From positions 1 through 64,000 of the IMG/VR virus record IMGVR_UViG_3300037325_000137: a stretch of 64,000 nucleotides of DNA; one strand, given 5' to 3'. The DNA comes from a virus. Each line of letters begins with the position of its first letter. The stretch's first letter is position 1. The notes beneath the pieces are model-generated. The model did no database searches. It saw only the letters and a program-made list of their open reading frames with translations, and was not told where the DNA came from. The position numbers and the translations under genes were made by a program. Positions 58,156 through 64,000 of this stretch are shown in pieces.

Positions 58156-58875
58156 TTAATTTAGTTGATTAAACAAAGTTGGTGCTTCAATCTCTTTTTC
58201 TTTTTTTTTCCCCACCCTTTCACTCGCAATATCAAAATAATCCTGTTGCATTTCAATTCCAATAAATCTTCTATTTAGGTTTTTACAAGCAACTCCTGTT
58301 GTACCACTACCCATAAAAGGGTCTAATACTACTTCGTTTTCATTAGTTGAGTTGTTTATATAAAATTCCATTAATTCTATTGGTTTTTCTGTTGGGTGTA
58401 CTTTACTCCCAATTATATTATTAAAAGAATGTACTGTTTTGCTTCCGCCAATGTCATTTATGTATTTAGATTTTCCTTTTCTAAAAAATATAGTGTACTC
58501 GCAATTCTTCATATAAAATTGAGAAGGTGTGCAGTTGTTTTTTTGCCAAACTAAAAAGTTTTGTATTTTAAATCCTGCTTTTTCTATCTCGTTTGCCATT
58601 TTTAGTAAATTAGAAGAGTTTACCATCACATAGTTTTGAGTTCCATCTTTTAGTATTCTAAACATTTCTGGCAACCATTCACTAAATTTAGGAACACTCC
58701 TCATTAGTTCTCTATTTCCTTTCAATATACCTTTTGGTCTAATACTGTTTTTGCCATTACTATCACCTCCTGTTATTATTTTATAAGGAGGGTCAGTAAC
58801 TACACAATCAATACTTTCGCTTGGTAATGTTTTTAATATTTCAAGGGCATCACCCATTTTTAAATCTATATTCAT
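58156..58875 (-). CDS. Cassette 2: DNA N6-adenine/N4-cytosine methyltransferase (beta class)
   Basis: TDPPY, HPTEKP, VLDPFMGSGTT. Confidence 0.92.
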   Translation of the reverse strand: MNIDLKMGDALEILKTLPSESIDCVVTDPPYKIITGGDSNGKNSIRPKGILKGNRELMRSVPKFSEWLPEMFRILKDGTQNYVMVNSSNLLKMANEIEKAGFKIQNFLVWQKNNCTPSQFYMKNCEYTIFFRKGKSKYINDIGGSKTVHSFNNIIGSKVHPTEKPIELMEFYINNSTNENEVVLDPFMGSGTTGVACKNLNRRFIGIEMQQDYFDIASERVGKKKEKEIEAPTLFNQLN

Positions 58876-58975
58876 AATGTTTTAATTTTATCAAATTAAT
58901 TTGCCAACGCTCAAAAAAGAAAATAAAAAGGTTCAGTTCTATTAATTAAGTTTAGGTGTTTAAAGTCGCACCAGT

Positions 58976-59032
58976 AGGTAACACTGTATAAAAGCCATTG
59001 AAAATAACGGCTCTTATACCCATCCGTTAGCA
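58976..59032 (+). repeat. attC-like site 2 (57 bp)
   Basis: AGGTAAC-ACT-GTATAAAAGCC ... GGCTCTTATAC-CCATCC-GTTAGCA. Confidence 0.8.
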
Positions 59033-59036
59033 ACAA

Positions 59037-59279
59037 TTAATTGCCCTGTAAGTAATTGTCTGCAATCCATTCTTTACTTACAAACCTATTTCCTCCACCT
59101 TTTTCAAGGCTTGTTAAAAGGTCAATTAACAGTTCCCTTCGGTTGCTAACATCGTTTAACCGTAATTGCTCGGTTACGTACTTATCTATGAAGTCTGTTA
59201 ACCATTCTACCTTTTCATTTCCAGTCATATCGTTTCTTGATACAAGTTGGTTTAATTTTTCAATCTCTGTTATTTTCAT
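59037..59279 (-). CDS. Cassette 3 hypothetical protein
   Basis: Starts in the attC3 loop; arm read as QLRLNDVSNR. Confidence 0.7.
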   Translation of the reverse strand: MKITEIEKLNQLVSRNDMTGNEKVEWLTDFIDKYVTEQLRLNDVSNRRELLIDLLTSLEKGGGNRFVSKEWIADNYLQGN

Positions 59280-59343
59280 CTGTTCTTATTTATTAAGTTT
59301 TGTTATTAATTCACGCAACTACGGTTACACGTAGCCGTTGTAG
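59144..59343 (+). repeat. attC-like site 3
   Basis: TGCTAAC-AT-CGTTTAACCGTAATTGC ... GCAACTACGGTTACACG-TAGCC-GTT. Confidence 0.8.
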
Positions 59344-59348
59344 TGCAT

Positions 59349-59645
59349 TTACATTACGTTTCGCTCGATACTTATGTTTTTATCAGTAACAACTACTATA
59401 AAGCTTGTTCTTTGCACCGCCAAAGGGGCTTTTTTTTCAAGATGTTTAAGAACGTGGTTTGCACCATTATTTACTATATCACGTCTAGTTTTTAATTGAT
59501 GAAGTTTGTTTTGTACTTGCTCAATTTCGGCTTCCAATTCTTCTTTCTCTAAAGCTATATTCACTAATATATCAGCCCCTTTTATTTCCTCGCCTTGAAT
59601 AAGGTCAGTAATTCCAGAGAAACTTAGGTCGTCAATTTTTTTCAT
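59349..59645 (-). CDS. Cassette 4 coiled-coil hypothetical protein
   Basis: ORF between cognate inverted repeats; start taken at MKKIDD. Confidence 0.7.
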   Translation of the reverse strand: MKKIDDLSFSGITDLIQGEEIKGADILVNIALEKEELEAEIEQVQNKLHQLKTRRDIVNNGANHVLKHLEKKAPLAVQRTSFIVVVTDKNISIERNVM

Positions 59646-59659
59646 AGCAAAAAAACGCA

Positions 59660-59791
59660 CTACAACACTGTATAAAAATAATAGCCTGTTGTAGTGTCTT
59701 TTTAGTGGCTATTACTCACTTATTAATTAATTGTTTAACTTAAACTTTTCGCTTATTTATTCGGCTACTATTCTTATACTAAACGTTGTAA
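59660..59791 (+). repeat. attC-like site 4
   Basis: TACAAC-ACT-GTATAAAAATAATAGCC ... GGCTACTATTCTTATAC-TAAAC-GTT. Confidence 0.85.
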
Positions 59792-59795
59792 GTAA

Positions 59796-60029
59796 TTAAG
59801 GTTCGAGATACCTCAAAGGCACTTCTTTACTCCAAAAACCACCCTTATCAATGTTCTGTACTAACGCTCTTGGTTCGTCATAATATTCTTGTGTTTTACC
59901 ATCTTGAAATATTGGATAATACACCAACATCCATCTGTCTTTTTTACCATCCATTTTATAAACGCTTTCGTTACGCTTATGATTTTTCCAAATCGGGTGG
60001 TTTAAGGCTTTTTCTAAATCTATGTTCAT
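59796..60029 (-). CDS. Cassette 5 hypothetical protein
   Basis: ORF between GTTGTAAGTAATTAA and TTAACTACTTACAAC. Confidence 0.7.
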   Translation of the reverse strand: MNIDLEKALNHPIWKNHKRNESVYKMDGKKDRWMLVYYPIFQDGKTQEYYDEPRALVQNIDKGGFWSKEVPLRYLEP

Positions 60030-60049
60030 TTCTTATTTGCTTTAACTAC

Positions 60050-60252
60050 TTACAACACTATATATAATTAATATAAAAGGGGCGCAGTCCAACTATCCGT
60101 TATTCCTTTCGGGTCAAGCCTAAGCCCCCACGGAAGGAACGTTTTACAGGCTTTGGACACCTTCAATTTCACTATCTAAAACGCTGTTGGTAAACCCACT
60201 AATTTCTGCATTTTTAACCCCTTTTAAACTAATCATATATTTTACGTTATAA
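60050..60252 (+). repeat. attC-like site 5 with a structured GC-rich loop
   Basis: TACAAC-ACT-ATATATAATTAATATAAAAGGGG ... CCCCTTTTAAACTAATCATATAT-TTTAC-GTT. Confidence 0.75.
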
Positions 60253-60519
60253 ACAATACTCTTTTTGTGTATATGGTTCAGAGTAGAAGCATTTATCAGT
60301 ACTATCAAATTTAATATTTCTATACCAAGTTATTTCTGTATTTGTTGTTTTTCCTGTTCTACTACTGCAATCACAATCTTTATGACATTGGCAACTACCA
60401 TTATCAATAGAAGTGTATTTTTTAGTAAATATTCTATAAGAAACACCATCTATAATTGTGATTTGCAATGCTTCCATTTCTATATTCAATCTTTTAGGGT
60501 TTAACAATCTTTCTCGCAT
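60247..60519 (-). CDS. Cassette 6 Cys-rich hypothetical protein
   Basis: CQCHKDCDC; stop in the GTTA core; start taken at MRERLL. Confidence 0.65.
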   Translation of the reverse strand: MRERLLNPKRLNIEMEALQITIIDGVSYRIFTKKYTSIDNGSCQCHKDCDCSSRTGKTTNTEITWYRNIKFDSTDKCFYSEPYTQKEYCL

Positions 60520-60533
60520 AACTTCCGTACAGT

Positions 60534-60628
60534 TTATAACACAGGCTATAAATAAAAGCCCTGTCAAGGTTATTGTTGTGAATCGAACTTTGTGTTTAGG
60601 GCTTCAATTCATAGCCGAGCCGTTATCT
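60534..60628 (+). repeat. attC-like site 6
   Basis: TATAAC-ACA-GGCTATAAATAAAAGCCCT ... AGGGCTTCAATTCATAGCC-GAGCC-GTT. Confidence 0.8.
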
Positions 60629-60799
60629 TTAATAATCAAACTCTTCCTCATTTAATACATCAAAGTGAATATCCTCATTTAATACATCAAAGTGAATATC
60701 CTCTATTTTGTTTTTAATAAACAGTCTTTTAATTCGATAGATAACTAAAGATAACAATGTATAAAATGCATAGCTTAATTTCGTTCTTAAATTTTTCAT
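60629..60799 (-). CDS. Cassette 7 small protein (56 aa) with a 9-aa tandem duplication
   Basis: MKNLRTKLSYAFYTLLSLVIYRIKRLFIKNKIEDIHFDVLNEDIHFDVLNEEEFDY; 27-bp repeat x2 at 60645-60703. Confidence 0.55.
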   Translation of the reverse strand: MKNLRTKLSYAFYTLLSLVIYRIKRLFIKNKIEDIHFDVLNEDIHFDVLNEEEFDY

Positions 60800-60886
60800 C
60801 TGTTCTGTTTTTAAAGTTTATAATTTATAATTAATTCAAAGTCTGTGGTGTTTAGGTCGCTACGCACCTTATACTAAACGTTGTGT
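60749..60886 (+). repeat. attC-like site 7
   Basis: GATAAC-AAT-GTATAAAATGCATAGC ... GCTACGCACCTTATAC-TAAAC-GTT. Confidence 0.8.
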
Positions 60887-60894
60887 GTAATACT

Positions 60895-61137
60895 TTATTT
60901 AGGTTCGTTTACAGCATTACTATCTACTTTTTTCCAAGGACGTTCTATCATATTACAACCTGCTTGATACCAAGTTTGTATTTGTAATTTATTACATTTT
61001 GTACACTTTCTAAAATGAGCATATCTATTATCTTCTTTTCTACCACCGTCCCAATACTTATAAGGATGATATAAATTAAAAAAACAAAGTAATTTTTGCA
61101 ATGCTTTAGGTTTGTCTATTCTTAAAACTTTTTCCAT
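60895..61137 (-). CDS. Cassette 8 small Zn-binding protein (DUF1660-like)
   Basis: LLC....H......RKCTKC. Confidence 0.65.
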   Translation of the reverse strand: MEKVLRIDKPKALQKLLCFFNLYHPYKYWDGGRKEDNRYAHFRKCTKCNKLQIQTWYQAGCNMIERPWKKVDSNAVNEPK

Positions 61138-61171
61138 TTTAATAAAGTTTGTGGCTTAAATTCCGTATTAC

Positions 61172-61267
61172 ACACAACAATGTATATAGTTTATAAGCCA
61201 ATTAATATTTGTTTTTAATTTGTAAATTTCTGATATGGCTTACAAAACCATATACTCAACGTTAGGC
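61172..61267 (+). repeat. attC-like site 8
   Basis: CACAAC-AAT-GTATATAGTTTATAAGCCA ... TGGCTTACAAAACCATATAC-TCAAC-GTT. Confidence 0.85.
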
Positions 61268-61271
61268 ACAA

Positions 61272-61577
61272 TTAAGGTTTGCGTCCTAATAACTTACTTA
61301 GCTTCATCCCCAACCACTCAGGGCAAGGTATAGCTACTACCCATCTTAAATAAGGCAATATACCTACAAAACCAATCCCCCAATGCTCTGTTGCAACTAT
61401 TGAAACTTCAAAGCTAAATGCGTCTAAAGTCCAAAATGTAAATATTAGCCATCTAAAACTAAAACTACTTGTATTGTGTTCGTCTGCTTTCCTTATTTCT
61501 ATTAAGGGTATTAATGGAAATACATTTTTGTTGTACCATTTTTCTGTTCTCATTCTTCCTGATGCTGTTTGTGACAT
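61272..61577 (-). CDS. Cassette 9 hypothetical protein
   Basis: ORF between GTTAGGCAC and GTGCCTAAC. Confidence 0.7.
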   Translation of the reverse strand: MSQTASGRMRTEKWYNKNVFPLIPLIEIRKADEHNTSSFSFRWLIFTFWTLDAFSFEVSIVATEHWGIGFVGILPYLRWVVAIPCPEWLGMKLSKLLGRKP

Positions 61578-61587
61578 AATTAAAAGT

Positions 61588-61681
61588 GCCTAACAATAGC
61601 TAAAGTTAATAGCCTCAATAGGTCTTGTTATAATTTGATGGTTAGTATTAAAGGCTACTAACCTTAGCCTAGACGTTATGA
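61588..61681 (+). repeat. attC-like site 9
   Basis: GCCTAAC-AATA-GCTAAAGTTAATAGCCT ... AGGCTACTAACCTTAGC-CTAGAC-GTT. Confidence 0.85.
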
Positions 61682-61834
61682 TGCAATTAAAATTTTAAGC
61701 ATCTCGTTTAACTTCCCTACACATTGAGCATAGTATCGTTCATTATCTTCCTGTTTCATTATTTTAGCTACTTCATAAAGGTCTGTATAAATACCAATTT
61801 TCTTTATTACAATACTTTTTAGTTCATCCATCAT
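61676..61834 (-). CDS. Cassette 10 small helical protein
   Basis: MMDELKSIV...; stop in the GTTA core. Confidence 0.55.
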   Translation of the reverse strand: MMDELKSIVIKKIGIYTDLYEVAKIMKQEDNERYYAQCVGKLNEMLKILIAS

Positions 61835-61849
61835 TAAAATTTTAAAAGC

Positions 61850-61934
61850 ACATAACAATGTATAAAATTAATGCGCTATGATAATTAGTGTTAAATTTTT
61901 AAGTATGTGGTTAGCGCACTAATCTTATACTAAC
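61850..61934 (+). repeat. attC-like site 10 (downstream GTT core apparently deleted)
   Basis: CATAAC-AAT-GTATAAAATTAATGCGCTA ... TAGCGCACTAATCTTATAC-TAAC, with no GTT at the expected position. Confidence 0.75.
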
Positions 61935-61944
61935 TGCAATGTTG

Positions 61945-62193
61945 CTATTTAAAGTTTTGCCTAAACGGCTTGTTACATTTTGGACAAGAAGTGCCTAAAT
62001 ACAAGCCTTTGATTATCGGTTCGCAACACTGTTCGCTCTGCCTTACAACAACGGGTATAGAAAATAATTCAGAAGGCATCAGTCTTTCTATCACGTCTAT
62101 TGCACTCCATATTTCTCTTGATTCATAACTGTGATGTATTGAGTCAAAGTGTTCTGCTCTTTTTTCTAGTGTTTTAATAACGTCTGCTTTCAT
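61945..62193 (-). CDS. Cassette 11 protein with C-terminal Zn-ribbon
   Basis: Starts in the attC11 loop; arm read as LFSIPVVVRQ; CC...CPKC. Confidence 0.7.
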   Translation of the reverse strand: MKADVIKTLEKRAEHFDSIHHSYESREIWSAIDVIERLMPSELFSIPVVVRQSEQCCEPIIKGLYLGTSCPKCNKPFRQNFK

Positions 62194-62253
62194 CTTTTAA
62201 GTTTTTGCGTTTTAAATCCTCCTAAATTAAATTCCATACCCAAACCGTTAGCA
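62043..62253 (+). repeat. attC-like site 11
   Basis: TTACAAC-AAC-GGGTATAGAAAATAATT ... AATTAAATTCCATACCC-AAACC-GTT. Confidence 0.75.
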
Positions 62254-62373
62254 TTAATACTCAGTACCTAAGTATTCTACTAAATAAGGGTAGTCCCAAC
62301 TTTTACTGCTACTGTAATACATTTTCCAGTAACCTCTATTATTCTTTATTATTTCAGTCCATTTACTTGTCAT
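62254..62373 (-). CDS. Cassette 12 micro-protein (39 aa)
   Basis: MTSKWTEIIKNNRGYWKMYYSSSKSWDYPYLVEYLGTEY between GTTAGCATTAATAC and GTACTAATGCTAAC. Confidence 0.55.
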   Translation of the reverse strand: MTSKWTEIIKNNRGYWKMYYSSSKSWDYPYLVEYLGTEY

Positions 62374-62400
62374 AGTTTCTATTTTTTAAGTCCGTACTAA

Positions 62401-62453
62401 TGCTAACAATATGTAAAAAACATTAAAACGATGTGTTATACTAGACGTTAGCA
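62401..62453 (+). repeat. attC-like site 12 (minimal, 53 bp)
   Basis: TGCTAAC-AATATGTAAAAAACAT...ATGTGTTATAC-TAGAC-GTT. Confidence 0.65.
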
Positions 62454-62732
62454 AACATTTATGTTGTTGCTATCTATAAAGCTTTTAGGATTTCCGCAAC
62501 CTATTAAAAACTCTGCTCCGTTACCTAATTTAAAGTAACATCTATCCCAATCATTGCTTCTATCGAAAGTAAAATTTTCACCTTTTTTTATGGTATAATA
62601 ACACCCTTTCCAACTCAAATTCTCCCTTCTATTGTTAGGTATATTACCCACATCAGTGGCTTCTATGGGTGTGCTACCATACCTACCTTTATCAATAAAA
62701 ACTCTAATATCTTCTGTTGCTTGTAAATTCAT
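62448..62732 (-). CDS. Cassette 13 hypothetical protein
   Basis: Start taken at MNLQAT; stop in the GTTA core. Confidence 0.7.
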   Translation of the reverse strand: MNLQATEDIRVFIDKGRYGSTPIEATDVGNIPNNRRENLSWKGCYYTIKKGENFTFDRSNDWDRCYFKLGNGAEFLIGCGNPKSFIDSNNINVC

Positions 62733-62744
62733 AATTAAACGATT

Positions 62745-62838
62745 TGCTAACACAACCTATACACCATAAAGCAATATAGTATTGTGCTAATATTAAACAT
62801 TGTGCTACGCTTTACGGTGCATAGCTTTACCGTTGGCG
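62745..62838 (+). repeat. attC-like site 13
   Basis: TGCTAAC-ACAAC-CTATACACCATAAAGC ... GCTTTACGGTGCATAG-CTTTACC-GTT. Confidence 0.8.
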
Positions 62839-62844
62839 GTAATA

Positions 62845-63195
62845 CTACATTAGTACCTTATCCATCATTTCATTTATGTTCTCCGCAATTTTTTCATCAT
62901 AACCTCTATTGTAAAATTCATCGCCAGTAGTCAAATGATAAGTACCTATGTTATCCAAATACTGTTTCATTTTTTCATAAGGTTCAGTATTTTCATACCC
63001 TATCAAATTAAGATAAGACCAATAACATTTAATAGAAAATTGCTCTGTGTTTGTTCCTCTATCTGTTCTTTTTTCGTTTTGTCTTTGTATCCATAAGGCT
63101 TGTTCTTTCTTGTAGTCTGTGTACTTTAAAGCCGTACTACTGCCAACAAAAAATATAGCAAATGCTTTTCGTAATCTTTGGGTAAATTGTTTCAT
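62845..63195 (-). CDS. Cassette 14 hypothetical protein
   Basis: Starts in the attC14 loop; arm read as AFAIFFVGSS. Confidence 0.7.
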   Translation of the reverse strand: MKQFTQRLRKAFAIFFVGSSTALKYTDYKKEQALWIQRQNEKRTDRGTNTEQFSIKCYWSYLNLIGYENTEPYEKMKQYLDNIGTYHLTTGDEFYNRGYDEKIAENINEMMDKVLM

Positions 63196-63261
63196 ACTTC
63201 TAATTTTTAGTTCATTTAAGTTAGAGTGTTGTTGGCACTTGCCATCTTCAAACCGTTAGCC
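63141..63261 (+). repeat. attC-like site 14
   Basis: TGCCAAC-AAAAAATATAGCAAATGC ... GCACTTGCCATCTT-CAAACC-GTT. Confidence 0.75.
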
Positions 63262-63522
63262 ACCATTTGAAAAACCGCACTCATCCAAGAAGCTTTGTCC
63301 AACAGGAGAACCTAACCATTGAATTAAGTTTACGCAAATATCTTCTTCTTTTTCGGACAACCACTCTTTAGGTTGCGTTTGTCTATCATTAGACCACCCA
63401 TTCACAATAGCACTTAGGCTTTTTCTGGCAGAACCATCATGATTGAACATTTTAATAAATTTATCGTGAAATTCTTTTTCTTTAGGATTGTCATTAAATC
63501 TGTATTCTTTATTGCCTTTCAT
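63256..63522 (-). CDS. Cassette 15 hypothetical phage protein
   Basis: NPKEKEF...IQWLGSPVGQSFL; stop in the GTTA core. Confidence 0.75.
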   Translation of the reverse strand: MKGNKEYRFNDNPKEKEFHDKFIKMFNHDGSARKSLSAIVNGWSNDRQTQPKEWLSEKEEDICVNLIQWLGSPVGQSFLDECGFSNGG

Positions 63523-63533
63523 AGTAAAACGGT

Positions 63534-63656
63534 GGCTAACAATGTATATAGCAAATAGCCTTATTAGCCATTTTAGAAACTACTTGCTTGTTTATAATTT
63601 ATTTACTTTTTACTTAATTCTGTGATAGGCTACTTGCCATATACTAAACATTGTAG
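63534..63656 (+). repeat. attC-like site 15 (core ATT instead of GTT)
   Basis: GGCTAAC-AAT-GTATATAGCAAATAGCCT ... AGGCTACTTGCCATATAC-TAAAC-ATT. Confidence 0.8.
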
Positions 63657-63750
63657 TGCATTAAAACGTTCGATTCGCCACAACAACACGCTATATAAAT
63701 AATGCTTGGTTTCGTGCTGTAATCAAAGTTTAGCGCTTTTAATGCCATAA

Positions 63751-63981
63751 TTAAATATTTTTAAAAACCCATTCACCATTTAGTTTCCAAGTTTCTTTAT
63801 CATAGTAAACTTCTACTACTATATTTTGCATTTTATTATGGCAACGTAAATTTCCACAAGAGAAGTCTACTGCTTCAATACCTAATTCATCATTTACATC
63901 AATAAAATCTTGGTTTTTACTCGTTGCTATCAACCTTACTGGGTATTCTGCTTTCTTTTTTAATACTTCTTTTAAGTTCAT
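63751..63981 (-). CDS. Hypothetical protein (probably a further cassette)
   Basis: ORF near the window end; flanking site incomplete. Confidence 0.6.
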   Translation of the reverse strand: MNLKEVLKKKAEYPVRLIATSKNQDFIDVNDELGIEAVDFSCGNLRCHNKMQNIVVEVYYDKETWKLNGEWVFKNI

Positions 63982-64000
63982 TTTTAAAAATATTTAATTA

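Larger units (their letters stand above)
57793..64000 (+). mobile_element. Integron-like cassette array (about 16 units, may continue beyond the window)
   Basis: Cassette starts (GTT) at 57793, 58141, 59026, 59337, 59785, 60246, 60622, 60880, 61261, 61675, [about 61935, core missing], 62247, 62447, 62832, 63255, 63650 (ATT); each is matched by a cognate inverted repeat ending AAC and followed by a hairpin. Confidence 0.85.

Noticed and set aside
57793-63656. Shufflon/invertible segments
   Set aside because: Segments are flanked by inverted repeats, but every ORF has the same orientation and a solo copy exists elsewhere, which favours excision/integration
57793-64000. CRISPR array or simple terminator series
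   Set aside because: Repeats are non-identical, co-varying hairpins spaced 130-900 bp apart around ORFs; no cas genes or U-tails; gene-spanning cognate inverted repeats are unexplained by either model
1-64000. Stop-codon reassignment as in some crAss-like phages
   Set aside because: Long genes are intact under the standard code, and TAG/TGA end genes at sensible boundaries

Overview
AT-rich (~30% GC) segment of a Bacteroidota (Flavobacteria-type) podovirus with a crAss-like virion module and no host genes. Almost all genes are on the minus strand. Left to right: a tnpB-only IS200/IS605 element inserted in the 3' end of a phage gene; nucleotide/DNA-metabolism genes (dUTPase, SSB-like, nucleases) and a tRNA-like element; tail-fibre and lysis genes; portal, terminase and an HNH; a 3044-aa injected (polyvalent-type) protein; tail, capsid and scaffold genes; replication initiator plus DnaC-like ATPase; and an ERF/nuclease/SMC-like recombination module. 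The main observation is at 56.9-64 kb: a short tyrosine recombinase lacking the IntI-specific insertion, an attI-like site at its 5' end, and at least 15 attC-like hairpin sites delimiting one-gene cassettes. Each cassette is bracketed by its own cognate GTT.../...AAC inverted repeat. Stem mismatches are mostly G-T wobbles on the minus strand, all cassette ORFs are antisense to the canonical integron orientation, several ORFs start inside the attC loop and read through the arm, and one solitary cassette sits 14 kb away. This looks like a non-canonical, phage-borne integron-like gene-shuffling system. Protein family calls come from motif recognition and gene order only; no searches were run.
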